From a virus (taxonomy: Duplodnaviria > Caudoviricetes): DNA of 64,000 nt. A model generated the notes under the pieces. The model made no database searches and was not told the origin of the DNA. It saw nothing but the letters and a program-made list of their open reading frames with translations. Position 1 is the stretch's first letter. Each line of letters starts with the position of its first letter. Location: positions 15,509 through 79,508 of the IMG/VR virus record IMGVR_UViG_3300032030_000057; one strand, given 5' to 3'. Both the position numbers and the translations under genes were made by a program. Shown here piece after piece: positions 16,780 to 26,441 of this stretch.

Positions 16780-16811
16780 TTTGCATATTCAAAGTTTTAT
16801 CCGTATCTTTG
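16780..16811 (+). promoter_or_regulatory. Promoter with ATATTCAAA spacer motif
   Basis: TTTG-CATATTCAAA...TATCTTTG, 20-nt spacer. Confidence 0.8.
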
Positions 16812-16845
16812 CGGAAAATTATCACAACTAAACAATGTTTTTACT

Positions 16846-17025
16846 ATGGAAGAAGGTAAGAAAGAACCACTATCAACAATCATGCGCTGCCACTACTTCC
16901 GCAACGATGACGGCATCTGCTGGTGCGAGCTTGACGATTGTATCGCTAAGACAAATAAAGAAAAGACCGACTGTATCTGCAAATGTAAGTACAGACACGA
17001 AGTAAAATGTTTAATAACAAAATAA
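16846..17025 (+). CDS. Cys-rich small protein (59 aa)
   Basis: CHYF...CWCELDDC...CICKCKY directly after promoter. Confidence 0.6.
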   Translation: MEEGKKEPLSTIMRCHYFRNDDGICWCELDDCIAKTNKEKTDCICKCKYRHEVKCLITK

Positions 17026-17031
17026 AAAGTT

Positions 17032-17217
17032 ATGAAGAAAAAGATTTATTTTTCAATTGCCAATGTAAGACTATTTGGCAAGTTCACATCAAAGGTTCTC
17101 ACATTCTTGTGCGTCCTTGTTGCGTTTGTTGACCTCTATGCAGTTGGCGATTCCCAACGTGCTACTTTCTGGATGACCTGTGCAATTCTAAACCGTATAG
17201 TAGCAAGCGAGATATGA
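17032..17217 (+). CDS. Small membrane protein
   Basis: Hydrophobic segments; paralogous style to 30382..30579. Confidence 0.7.
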   Translation: MKKKIYFSIANVRLFGKFTSKVLTFLCVLVAFVDLYAVGDSQRATFWMTCAILNRIVASEI

Positions 17218-17663
17218 CACAAGAAGAAAAATTCCTATTACTACAAGACCTCAGTGCGAGGTTGCCTTACGGTGTAATAGTAGATTATAAAGAGCATGAG
17301 CATGATATACGTCATTGGAAGATAGACTCCTTACACACTCCAACATATAGCGAAAGTGGTATTCTGATAGATACAGACTATGAAGGTTGGATTCACTTTA
17401 CAGAATATAAAGGGTGCGGTATGTCAACTGGTTCAAGGCCATTACATATTGAAAAAAACCTTCCGTTCCTACGTTCAATGTCAAGTATGACAGAGGAAGA
17501 AAGAAAGGAATATTTGCATATAACTTTATGTGATTTTATTGATTGCGAAGCATGGAATGAAGTTGATTGGCTTAACAAAAATATGTTTGACTATCGTGGA
17601 TTAATCCCTATGGGGTTGGCTTTGGAAGCAAAAGAAGGTATGTATAAATTTAAGGAGAAATAA
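17214..17663 (+). CDS. Accessory hypothetical protein (YopX-like architecture)
   Basis: LLQDLSARLPYGV...PFLRSMSSMT...DYRGLIPMGLALEA. Confidence 0.75.
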   Translation: MTQEEKFLLLQDLSARLPYGVIVDYKEHEHDIRHWKIDSLHTPTYSESGILIDTDYEGWIHFTEYKGCGMSTGSRPLHIEKNLPFLRSMSSMTEEERKEYLHITLCDFIDCEAWNEVDWLNKNMFDYRGLIPMGLALEAKEGMYKFKEK

Positions 17664-17665
17664 CT

Positions 17666-18070
17666 ATGGTAACAATTACAGAAGATTACGTTAGCATTGA
17701 AGTTGCAAAACTCTTGAAAGAGAAAGGGTTTAAAGGACATAGCATCATTACCATATATGATGAAGATGCAGCACATGTCTATATTAAGGAACTGCAAGAA
17801 AAACATTTACCATATAGCTCAGATGACCCTAAACTTAAAGAGTTTCGTTATACTAGGCCAACTCTCCAAATGGCAATGAAGTGGTTGAGAGAAGTACATA
17901 ATATTCATATCGACACCTGTTCTATTTGGGACGAAATTCATTGGCTTTATCAAGTTTTTGTTATTACGCCTAGAACTGCGCGTAATTCTTATGTAGATAA
18001 AACACTGTATGTTTCTTATGAAGAAGCTTGTGAAGCAGCAATAAAGTATTGTCTTGAAAATTTGATTTGA
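17666..18070 (+). CDS. Accessory hypothetical protein
   Basis: EDYVSIEVAKLLKEKGF...PTLQMAMKWLRE. Confidence 0.8.
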   Translation: MVTITEDYVSIEVAKLLKEKGFKGHSIITIYDEDAAHVYIKELQEKHLPYSSDDPKLKEFRYTRPTLQMAMKWLREVHNIHIDTCSIWDEIHWLYQVFVITPRTARNSYVDKTLYVSYEEACEAAIKYCLENLI

Positions 18071-18076
18071 ATAACT

Positions 18077-18274
18077 ATGGCAACAATTAAATGGTATAAG
18101 GTAAAATGTTCTTTTTATAAACAAACAATAGGTTTCAAAACATGGCAGGATATAATTGACTTTATGTCTAAAAACATTGGTTTCGATTACATTATAGAAG
18201 GTCAATATAGTGAACCTTTTGTTGGTGTAGATGCTTATTATGATACAAAAACAAAAACGTTTGAAAAGTTATGA
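18077..18274 (+). CDS. Accessory hypothetical protein
   Basis: 65-aa ORF, low GC. Confidence 0.7.
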   Translation: MATIKWYKVKCSFYKQTIGFKTWQDIIDFMSKNIGFDYIIEGQYSEPFVGVDAYYDTKTKTFEKL

Positions 18275-18627
18275 AATCATACACAGACCTTTTCCAGAGC
18301 AAGAAGTTGGCAGAGATACTGCCGCTTGAAAGTGCAGATATGTATTATGCCTTGTCAGAAGATAAAAGTACGAATATGATAAGCTTTGGAAAATCACAAG
18401 GCTTTTTTGATAAGACACAAGTTGCTTGGAGTCTTGCAGCATTGCTTGGTGTTTTGCCAGAAGGAACAAGATTACTAAAGTCAACAAATATATCGTCTAT
18501 AGGTGATGTCAAATATTATATTGAATGTCCTAAAGGAACTATTAATAAGTGGTTTGATAATCCTGTTGATGCTTGTGTAGAATTAATATTAAAGTTAAAT
18601 GAATTATGGAAAGAAAAGAGGCAATAG
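18271..18627 (+). CDS. Accessory hypothetical protein
   Basis: MKSYTDLFQSKKLAEILP...AWSLAALL. Confidence 0.8.
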   Translation: MKSYTDLFQSKKLAEILPLESADMYYALSEDKSTNMISFGKSQGFFDKTQVAWSLAALLGVLPEGTRLLKSTNISSIGDVKYYIECPKGTINKWFDNPVDACVELILKLNELWKEKRQ

Positions 18628-19610
18628 AGGTCATTAAAAAGAATTGGCCTGATAGTAGTTTTACGATGTTACGTGAGGCACTTGAAACACTTATACCCGA
18701 ACTCAAAGAGAGCGAGGATGAGAGTGTTAGGAAATTTATAATTAAGATTTTTAAAGATTCTCAACGTGATGGAATTTCGGAAGTTATAATGCCCGAACAA
18801 TATGATAAGATATTTGCCTGGCTTGAAAAGCAAGGTGAGCAGAAGCTTCCGATAGAAAAATTATCCTCCGAGATGAAAACCGTCGGAGAAAGCCTTGGTT
18901 TTACAAATCAAGAAGAATGTAATAGATATAATCAAATGGTTACAGACCTCATTATGGTCGATGATGATAATGGTGAACGGAAGCCTGCTGAATTGCCAAA
19001 AGGTGAAGATTATGGTATTGACGGGTTATACCATGCCATAAGAATACTTGAAGAGACTCTTGGTAAGGTTGATGGCTACCAAACCGACGATGGTATCTTG
19101 GAGCATAAGTGTGCCATTAGTGCTGTAAAAAATCTGTACGAACAGAAGTCTTCTTGGAGTGAAGAGGATGAGAAATTCTTTAAAACAGCATTATGGCACA
19201 TAAGTAATTCTATCAGCAATGACACAAACACAGATATACATTGTGATACAACGGAATGGCTCAAATCCATCAAAGAAAGAGTACAACAACAACCAAAACA
19301 GGAGTGGAGTGAAGAGGATGAAGAGTCCTTATTAGACCTTATAAAATTCATTGAGAACTGGAAGGCTAAAGCGAAAGACTTTGGAGCAAAACTTGCTTTA
19401 TGGACTGGTGATGAGCAAAAGTGTGACAGATTACTTACATTTTTAAAATCCATCAGACCTCAGTCCACTTGGAGGCCGAGTGAAGAGCAGATGAAGATAC
19501 TTAACGAAGTTCTTAATTTTGCTGCGAACCATGAAAGTCCTTATTGGAATGATTACATATTCGGAACATTGAATAATCTTATAAGACAATTAAAGAAACT
19601 AAGGGAATAG
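18606..19610 (+). CDS. Mosaic protein with repeated WSEEDE / WxPSEEQ modules
   Basis: ESEDE, two WSEEDE and one WRPSEEQM motifs. Confidence 0.85.
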   Translation: MERKEAIEVIKKNWPDSSFTMLREALETLIPELKESEDESVRKFIIKIFKDSQRDGISEVIMPEQYDKIFAWLEKQGEQKLPIEKLSSEMKTVGESLGFTNQEECNRYNQMVTDLIMVDDDNGERKPAELPKGEDYGIDGLYHAIRILEETLGKVDGYQTDDGILEHKCAISAVKNLYEQKSSWSEEDEKFFKTALWHISNSISNDTNTDIHCDTTEWLKSIKERVQQQPKQEWSEEDEESLLDLIKFIENWKAKAKDFGAKLALWTGDEQKCDRLLTFLKSIRPQSTWRPSEEQMKILNEVLNFAANHESPYWNDYIFGTLNNLIRQLKKLRE

Positions 19611-19740
19611 TTATGAAACAACCTTTAATGTTACAGAGCAGTTGTGTTGACTGCAAACACTATGATGGTTTTGGCCAGTGCTTAGAACACGGCAATAACT
19701 TAGTTGAGAATTGTAAAGATTACCAAAAAAGGATAAAGTT

Positions 19741-20484
19741 ATGAAAGCAAAGGAAGCACCAGAGAATAACAAAACAAGAAAAGCACCAGTGCATGATGGT
19801 AGAATGTTCTGTGTGTATAAACATACATTACCAAACGGAATGTACTATATTGGTGCAACCTATAGAGATGAAAAAAGATGGGGCAAAAATGGCTGTCATT
19901 ATAAGAGTTCTAAAATATTTTATTCTTCCATTCAAGAATTTGGTTGGGATAATATAAAGCACGAAATTCTTTTCTATGATTTGTCATCAGAAGAAGCAAG
20001 GCGTATAGAAAGAGACTTGATTATAGAAGCGCAAGAAAAGGGATTGTCTCTCAATAAAACAAGAGGTGGCTATAACGCTATATACAAAGAGAAGATGCAC
20101 GAAATTGTAGGACTTAGGAGATTGGGACTATCATACCCACAAATAGGTCGTTTGTATAACATTCATCCCGATACTGCGTATGCTATATGCAAGTATAAAT
20201 ACTATATGAATTATTATTCCAAAGAAGAATTTGATGGATTAGTCTCTGATTTTATCACCAAAAACAAGGGAAAATATAAGAGAAACGATGGGCTGACTCC
20301 TAATCATAATGGGCATCTTTCAAGACGTGTCATCAAGAAAGATAAACAAGGCAATGTATTATGTAGATACGAATCAATTACTGTTGCAGCATTGAAAAAT
20401 AATGTTGCAATAAGCCAAATTGGTCACAATGTGCATGGAGAAACAAAAACATGTGGAGGATATGTATATGAATATGAACAATAA
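19741..20484 (+). mobile_element. GIY-YIG homing endonuclease with HTH and NUMOD1-like C-terminus
   Basis: CVYKHTLPNGMYYIGAT; C-terminal RVIKKDKQGNVLCRYESITVAA...KTCGGYVY. Confidence 0.85.
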
Positions 20485-20701
20485 CGCGCCAGAAAAAATA
20501 TGGATTGACCCCGCAAATGACTTGCCAAAGCTAAGTGGTCATATGGACAAGAATAGTGTTGAGTACATCAGGAAAGATGCCTTTATTGAGAAAGTGCTCG
20601 ACTTCTTTGAGAACGACTTGTGTTGTTACATTGAAGCACAAGATTTTACTATTGAACACGAAAGATTAGAAAATGATTTTAAAAACTATATAAGACAATG
20701 A
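20474..20701 (+). CDS. Accessory hypothetical protein (APEKIWI family), N-terminus displaced by the endonuclease
   Basis: NNAPEKIWID...VEYIRKDAFIEK. Confidence 0.75.
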   Translation: MNNNAPEKIWIDPANDLPKLSGHMDKNSVEYIRKDAFIEKVLDFFENDLCCYIEAQDFTIEHERLENDFKNYIRQ

Positions 20702-21162
20702 AACTGATAGACAAAGACGCTTTAGTAGCGGAGATAGAGAGAAGAAAGCATAAGTTGCTCGACCATATAATATGTGAAAGTGATAAGGAGTGGGTTGTGA
20801 GGACAGCACATCAACTAAATAGAATTATTATGTTCCTCGACACCCTCGAAGTGAAAGAGGTGGACTTGGATGAGTGTGAGTACAGCAAGAAAGAAGAGCC
20901 TGTAAGCGAGGACTTGAAAGAAGCGGCACAAAAATATGCAGACCTAAGGATGTCAAATTATGGAATTGCATTTTATGCTTTTATGTCTGGTGCTAAGTGG
21001 CAAGAAACAAAACTAATGAAAGATGCCACAGAGGTTACAGTACACATTGAAGCTGGCAACTACCCTTACATTCCGCAAATGGAACTCTATGACTATGACA
21101 AGGATGTTCCTTTGGCAAAGGAAGGAGATAAGTATAAGGTAATTCTAATTAAGGAGGACTGA
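20698..21162 (+). CDS. Accessory mosaic hypothetical protein
   Basis: IDKDALVAEIE...EEPVSEDLKEAA...AFMSGAKWQ. Confidence 0.8.
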   Translation: MKLIDKDALVAEIERRKHKLLDHIICESDKEWVVRTAHQLNRIIMFLDTLEVKEVDLDECEYSKKEEPVSEDLKEAAQKYADLRMSNYGIAFYAFMSGAKWQETKLMKDATEVTVHIEAGNYPYIPQMELYDYDKDVPLAKEGDKYKVILIKED

Positions 21163-21289
21163 TGTATGTGTATTATGTTCAAAGACAAATATTCGTGCTT
21201 TGACTATCGAATGTACATAATTGACGCATACACACATCCTTACCCTTGTGATAAATGTCGTTTAAATACAAATAAAAAGAAATAGAACT

Positions 21290-21558
21290 ATGAGTAAGGC
21301 AGAAAAATTTATAAAAGAAAAAACAAGGATTGGTAGCAATACGACTAAAGGGTGGCGTAGAAATGGTGTATCTATCCCTTCGTATAGTTTACCTTGGCTC
21401 ACTCCAGACCAAGCAAGAAGGGCCGTGGAGATTGCAAGGGAAGAAATCTATGAGTGGCTAAGAAAAACCACGAAGAGTATCAGTATAAAGCACCTTATAA
21501 TTATTTTGATATAGAGCAGTGTATTGACGACTTAAAACAAGCAATTAAAGATGAGTAA
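21290..21558 (+). pseudogene. Accessory gene with apparent single-base frameshift in an A5 run at 21463-21467
   Basis: -1 frame continues NHEEYQYK...LKQAIKDE* and ends overlapping the next ATG (ATGAGTAA). Confidence 0.55.
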
Positions 21559-21805
21559 GGCAGAAGAAAAAGCGAAAGAAAGATATTGGTTAGAACCAAA
21601 CGATATTGAAACTCAGGAAAAATATGCTGCTTATATTGAAGGCTACCACCAAGCAGAGAAAGACAATGAGCTGACTTGGGAAGACATAAATAGAATCAAA
21701 CTAATAATAGAGCAGGTTGAATGCGATTATGTAGAACAAGATAAGAAACTTTATACAAAGTATTTTTATAAAGAAGTATTGAAACGCTTTAGGAAAATGA
21801 AATAG
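21551..21805 (+). CDS. Accessory hypothetical protein
   Basis: YIEGYHQAEKDNELTWEDI motif. Confidence 0.8.
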   Translation: MSKAEEKAKERYWLEPNDIETQEKYAAYIEGYHQAEKDNELTWEDINRIKLIIEQVECDYVEQDKKLYTKYFYKEVLKRFRKMK

Positions 21806-21822
21806 TTAAAAATGTTAATTGC

Positions 21823-21854
21823 TTTGCATATTCAAAACAAAATCACTAAATTTG
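21823..21854 (+). promoter_or_regulatory. Promoter for the recombination operon
   Basis: TTTG-CATATTCAAAA...TAAATTTG, 20-nt spacer. Confidence 0.8.
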
Positions 21855-21879
21855 CAAAATAATTCACGAAAAAGCAATA

Positions 21880-22248
21880 ATGGGTAAGATAGTATACCAG
21901 AACGAAGTGTTCCTGCGTGGCATTGTAGCTGACAATGTCATGTACAAGAAGGCGTCTAACGGGAAAGATTACTGCACATTCTCCTTGGTCGTCAACCACG
22001 ACAAGACAGAGCTCAGCGAAGGCGAGACAAACTCTAAGGAGTTTATCAGGATATTCGTTTTCAACGGAAAGAAAAAGAAGCTGGTTGACTATCTGAAAAA
22101 CATGGGGTTCAGAAGAGGGCTTTACGTCGGCATATACGGCCTGCTTCGTACGACCAGCACAGAGCACAAGGGAATACCAATTGTACAGATATCAGTAGGG
22201 GTTAGAGATATTTTTATTATACAAACAAAACCAATAAACAACAATTAA
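21880..22248 (+). CDS. ssb: Single-stranded DNA-binding protein
   Basis: NEVFLRG...CTFSLVVN...EFIRIFVF...GLYVGIYGLLRT OB-fold; next to YqaJ/RecT; lacks acidic tail. Confidence 0.75.
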   Translation: MGKIVYQNEVFLRGIVADNVMYKKASNGKDYCTFSLVVNHDKTELSEGETNSKEFIRIFVFNGKKKKLVDYLKNMGFRRGLYVGIYGLLRTTSTEHKGIPIVQISVGVRDIFIIQTKPINNN

Positions 22249-22249
22249 T

Positions 22250-23245
22250 ATGGAAGATTACAAGTGTGAAATTGCGGCAACCAGAAAGGGTTGTCTTGGT
22301 GGTAGTGACGGAAACATACTTGAACGTGTTGCGTCACTTGGAAGTGTTCCAAAGGCATTGTACAAGCGACTGGCTGTTGTTAAAGGCCTCATAGAGAACG
22401 ACAATGTCACGACAAAGGTTATGGCATTCGGCGACTTTATCGAGCAGAGCATCTATTCTGCTCTCGCAGCTACTAACCCAAACTACCAGAGCAATCCCAT
22501 GTGGGTGTCTGGCAAATATTCACGGAAAGACCTGAAACTCATCTGTCACCCTGATTACGTCCTGTTTGACGAGGACAAGAAGATTCTTAATGTCTACGAG
22601 ATGAAGGCTACTCGTTTCTCCGTTGCACAGACACGCGAGACTTACAAGAACCAGCTATTCATTGAGTGGACTCTCGCAAAGGAAATTATAGCTGCGCGAG
22701 GTGAAGGCTGGAAGGTGAATATGTTCCTGTGTCACTACAATACAGAAGGCGTCGATTTTGACAAGGCGTTTGAGTATGACCCACAAAGACTGACGGTGCA
22801 TAAACTCAGGATGAAGGATAACCTGTTCGACATAGCAAAAGCTATGGATATAATGAGCGATTTCCTGCAGACGTTTGATTATTATTCAGAGGATGATGAG
22901 ATTCAGGCAAGATACCTTCCTGAAAAGGTAAGGGCTGAATTCGATGCCATCTCAAATGTCCTGTCGGAAATAAAGGAGCGTGAGAAGACTATCGACGCTT
23001 TCAAGGCTAAGATGGTAGAATTCATGCAAAAAAAAGGAATGAAGGTTATTAAGTCGGAGGAATGGAGTATTACGCTCGTTGAGGCATCGGAGTCTGTTCA
23101 ATTCGACCACAAGAAGTATCTAGCCGACCTCGGAGACAAGCATCCTCGCAGGGCCAAGAAGCTTCGCAAGGAATACGAGAAGCGTGTCGCCAAAGGTGCA
23201 TACGTTAAAATATCGGTTAATAAGAAAGATAACAACAATAATTAA
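22250..23245 (+). CDS. YqaJ-like viral recombinase exonuclease
   Basis: RKGCLGGSD, FGDFIE, CHPDY, YEMKAT PD-(D/E)xK motifs. Confidence 0.85.
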   Translation: MEDYKCEIAATRKGCLGGSDGNILERVASLGSVPKALYKRLAVVKGLIENDNVTTKVMAFGDFIEQSIYSALAATNPNYQSNPMWVSGKYSRKDLKLICHPDYVLFDEDKKILNVYEMKATRFSVAQTRETYKNQLFIEWTLAKEIIAARGEGWKVNMFLCHYNTEGVDFDKAFEYDPQRLTVHKLRMKDNLFDIAKAMDIMSDFLQTFDYYSEDDEIQARYLPEKVRAEFDAISNVLSEIKEREKTIDAFKAKMVEFMQKKGMKVIKSEEWSITLVEASESVQFDHKKYLADLGDKHPRRAKKLRKEYEKRVAKGAYVKISVNKKDNNNN

Positions 23246-23256
23246 TTTTTACAACT

Positions 23257-24135
23257 ATGGCAGAGAATAAAGAAAAGAAGACAACTGGTCTGCAGCTTTT
23301 TAACCAGACCATCACAAGCCCAGCATGGCAGAAGTATCTGGAAGATATTCTGAAAGAACGCAAGGGCTCGTTCATTAACAACGTTACCGCACTTGTGGCA
23401 AACGACGTAAACCTTCAGGAATGTGTTCCAGCAACCATCGTGTTCGCTGCCCTGAAGGCAACGGCTTTGAACCTTCCTCTTGACAAGTCGCTAGGAATGG
23501 CTTTCTGTATCCCATACAAGGACAACAAGAAAGGTATTACGGTAGCGCAGTTCCAGATGGGTTACAAGGGAGTTAAGCAGCTCGCTCTACGCAGCGGTCA
23601 GTTTGCTATTATTCCTAATGCTACTGAAATCAAAGAGGGCGAACTTGTAAGCCGCAACCGACTCACGGGTGAGTGCAAGTTTATATTCATAGACGACGAC
23701 AAGAAGCGAGCAGAAACGAAGACCATCGGCTACGCCAGTTATTTCAGACTGCTCAACGGGGCTGAATCTACGCTGTATATGTCCGTAGAGGAGATAGAGG
23801 CCCATGCGCTTCGTTACTCACAGACATATCGCTCAAAGCACGATAACGTCAAGCAGTCGAGTAAATGGACGACTGATTTTGATGATATGGCAAAGAAGAC
23901 TGTCATTAAGCTAAACCTGTCAAGGAACGCTCCTCTTTCTGTGGAGATGCAGGATGCCATCAAGGCTGACCAGAGTATCCAGTACGAGGAAGGTAAGTAC
24001 GAGTACATCGACAACGAAGAAGATGTACAGCAGCAGATTAACGACGCTCAGAAGGCTCAGGAGGTTGCGGATAAGTTTGCTGACTTCGGCGATGAGAACG
24101 AACAACCAGAAAACGGTAACCCCAAAAAGAAGTAG
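23257..24135 (+). CDS. recT: RecT-family ssDNA annealing protein
   Basis: AYCIPY-like FCIPY, FQMGYKGVKQLALRSG, W..DFDDMAKKTV. Confidence 0.9.
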   Translation: MAENKEKKTTGLQLFNQTITSPAWQKYLEDILKERKGSFINNVTALVANDVNLQECVPATIVFAALKATALNLPLDKSLGMAFCIPYKDNKKGITVAQFQMGYKGVKQLALRSGQFAIIPNATEIKEGELVSRNRLTGECKFIFIDDDKKRAETKTIGYASYFRLLNGAESTLYMSVEEIEAHALRYSQTYRSKHDNVKQSSKWTTDFDDMAKKTVIKLNLSRNAPLSVEMQDAIKADQSIQYEEGKYEYIDNEEDVQQQINDAQKAQEVADKFADFGDENEQPENGNPKKK

Positions 24136-24137
24136 TC

Positions 24138-24356
24138 ATGAGTAGGAATATTGATTTCATTCATTCGCATAGCGCACTGGAACGGGAGCTTCGTATGCCG
24201 AAGCATCTCGTTCTGGTGGATGCCAAGTACGCGACGACATTCATCACGAACGGATTCCCTGTAGAGAACTTCAGTTACGGCGGAGTCGACTATATCAAAG
24301 TCCCTATCTCTGGATTCATAAAGATGGGCGGATTGTTTAAGAACTTAATGGGCTAG
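24138..24356 (+). CDS. Hypothetical protein
   Basis: 72-aa ORF in operon. Confidence 0.7.
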   Translation: MSRNIDFIHSHSALERELRMPKHLVLVDAKYATTFITNGFPVENFSYGGVDYIKVPISGFIKMGGLFKNLMG

Positions 24357-24359
24357 TCT

Positions 24360-24641
24360 ATGGGTATTTTCGACGGATGGAGCAAACGGCGTGCCGAGAA
24401 GAAGCACATCGAGAAGATTCAGGAGCGCATAGATGACGCAAACAGTATATTCCAGATAAAGGAATACGAAGGACGTATCTGGCTCACTTTTTGCGGAAAC
24501 AGGGTGTGTCCTACTGAAATGTTCGAGCAGAAAGACCCTGTTGAGGTTTTGAACAAAATAAGGGATTTATACATAAAGGAAGACAAGAAATGGATACAGT
24601 ATGCAGAGGCGAACGGTGCTCAGTTAGGTGTACGTGCCTAA
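24360..24641 (+). CDS. Hypothetical protein
   Basis: 93-aa ORF in operon. Confidence 0.75.
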   Translation: MGIFDGWSKRRAEKKHIEKIQERIDDANSIFQIKEYEGRIWLTFCGNRVCPTEMFEQKDPVEVLNKIRDLYIKEDKKWIQYAEANGAQLGVRA

Positions 24642-24746
24642 GACATAGCAAGTACCACACGATAAACGACATCACCAATGTCCTTGTGGTCAATAGTTGC
24701 ACCAATCAGAGAAGATATGTACAGGACGAAATGAAAGTTAATAAAG

Positions 24747-25502
24747 ATGGACAACCGTAAGATAGAGCTTCACTGCAGCGTTGATGTCGAGAAAGACGTC
24801 GAGCGCAGAATCAAGAACGTCGGTGTCAGGGGCCTTCGCATTGACGTAGCAAAAGAGATGGGTGTGTTCAACCGTATCTCCATGATGCTTTGTGTCATGC
24901 ACGCAAGTGTAGCTGCCGCATACAGGGCCTTCGGAAATATAGAGGCACTGATTGACAGCTTCGGTGGAAAGAAGAACGATATTGCCAAGGCATGTAGCGA
25001 TTTCCATAAATCGTACGAAAAGTGGCTTAAGTTCTGGTCGAACTACTACGCTGACGAAAAATCAGCAGGTAGTATAAACGACGAGACAGAGGCACTGTAT
25101 CATGAGATTATGCGCTGGGCTCAGGTTCCAGAAGTATGGCATCTGGGTGATGACCAGAGACTGCATGATGACACTGATGTTGTCATCAAAATTGAAGATG
25201 TATTTGATTCTGTCCTTAAGTTCTATCAATGTACAATCGACAAGAACGTAAATACTATTGATGAGTCTTGGTGTGTAATGAAATACGACACACACCTGCA
25301 GAAGCAGTACTGTGTTGAAACGGATGTCGATAAGAGTAGTGCGCTTATGATAGCCAAACGTATGAGTGCTGACGACCCGTCAAACGTGTACGTGGCTTCT
25401 CAGGTCATTGATATCGAAAAAGAGGAGACTGTTATTACACCTTTCAAGACGTTCGTAAACAGTATGGAGGTTGGAAAGAATGTTGAATATCTAAAGAAAT
25501 AA
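24747..25502 (+). CDS. Hypothetical protein (251 aa)
   Basis: Long ORF in operon. Confidence 0.85.
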   Translation: MDNRKIELHCSVDVEKDVERRIKNVGVRGLRIDVAKEMGVFNRISMMLCVMHASVAAAYRAFGNIEALIDSFGGKKNDIAKACSDFHKSYEKWLKFWSNYYADEKSAGSINDETEALYHEIMRWAQVPEVWHLGDDQRLHDDTDVVIKIEDVFDSVLKFYQCTIDKNVNTIDESWCVMKYDTHLQKQYCVETDVDKSSALMIAKRMSADDPSNVYVASQVIDIEKEETVITPFKTFVNSMEVGKNVEYLKK

Positions 25503-25507
25503 CAAAC

Positions 25508-25741
25508 ATGGCAGCAAACATAGCAAACTGGGCTACCGAGTTAGCAAACAAGGACAAGTCTGCTGAGGAGAAAGCCCTGTCTAAGGCAAGAAAGATGGAG
25601 AAGGATTTGGCGAAGATGGGCTGGAGATGGTGCGAGGTCAACAAAAGACTGAAAATCTTCGTTCCATGTGATAAAGACGGCAATCCGACTCCGCTTGGTC
25701 AGGAAAAGATAAGGAAACAGAAACTTTTGATGGGTATTTAA
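25508..25741 (+). CDS. Small basic hypothetical protein
   Basis: 77-aa ORF. Confidence 0.75.
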   Translation: MAANIANWATELANKDKSAEEKALSKARKMEKDLAKMGWRWCEVNKRLKIFVPCDKDGNPTPLGQEKIRKQKLLMGI

Positions 25742-25760
25742 ATAAAAAATCCTAAAATAT

Positions 25761-25792
25761 TTTTGAATATTCAAAATAGTTTCTTACCTTTG
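25761..25792 (+). promoter_or_regulatory. Promoter overlapping perfect 16-bp palindrome TTTTGAATATTCAAAA
   Basis: TTTG 25762, TACCTTTG 25785. Confidence 0.8.
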
Positions 25793-25898
25793 CGACGATA
25801 AATTCTTTTTATGGCATTTTTTTTGTGTTTATGGCAACGAACCGCCGAGAGGTCAAGTAGTTGCTTTTCAATAAATCATTTACTAAACATTATACATT

Positions 25899-26429
25899 AT
25901 GAAAATTGAATTCGAAAAAGAAGTGTTACAGTTCTTGAACCTGCCGAGCATTCCAGTAAAGGAGTTCGACGGCAAGTCTGTGTTCAAGGACGGAGTCGCC
26001 ATAGTTGAACTTACAGGCGACAGGTTGGGATATGCAGTCGCTACGTTCACAGAAGAGGACAAAGAGCCGCGTATCAAGAAGACGTTCTCAGTTGAGCCGT
26101 TCGGCAAAATTACGAAGATATTCGTCGTACCTCCTTACATGAATGTCGATATCGAGCACGCAGACGTGGACAACGATTCAAAGAAGGCCATGGAGCAGCT
26201 TGCAGAAGAGGCCGCTGAACTTGAGAATGAAGGTGTTGACGAAAATAAGACAGACATTCCTGAGAACGAGTGGTGCTTTGACGAAATCCACAACATAGAC
26301 GAGGCAAAGGCTTGGCTGAAGTCCTATAACAGCAGAAACAAGATTCGCGGCAAGCTGCCAAAGGACGAGGAGACCATCAAACTCCGTCTTCTCACCATCT
26401 GGAAGGAATCACACAACAACAAACAATAA
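25899..26429 (+). CDS. Hypothetical protein
   Basis: 176-aa ORF. Confidence 0.85.
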   Translation: MKIEFEKEVLQFLNLPSIPVKEFDGKSVFKDGVAIVELTGDRLGYAVATFTEEDKEPRIKKTFSVEPFGKITKIFVVPPYMNVDIEHADVDNDSKKAMEQLAEEAAELENEGVDENKTDIPENEWCFDEIHNIDEAKAWLKSYNSRNKIRGKLPKDEETIKLRLLTIWKESHNNKQ

Positions 26430-26441
26430 ACGAAAACAATT

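Noticed and set aside
19741-20484. Group I intron around the GIY-YIG gene
   Set aside because: Insertion is fully occupied by the ORF; no P/Q/R/S core elements seen
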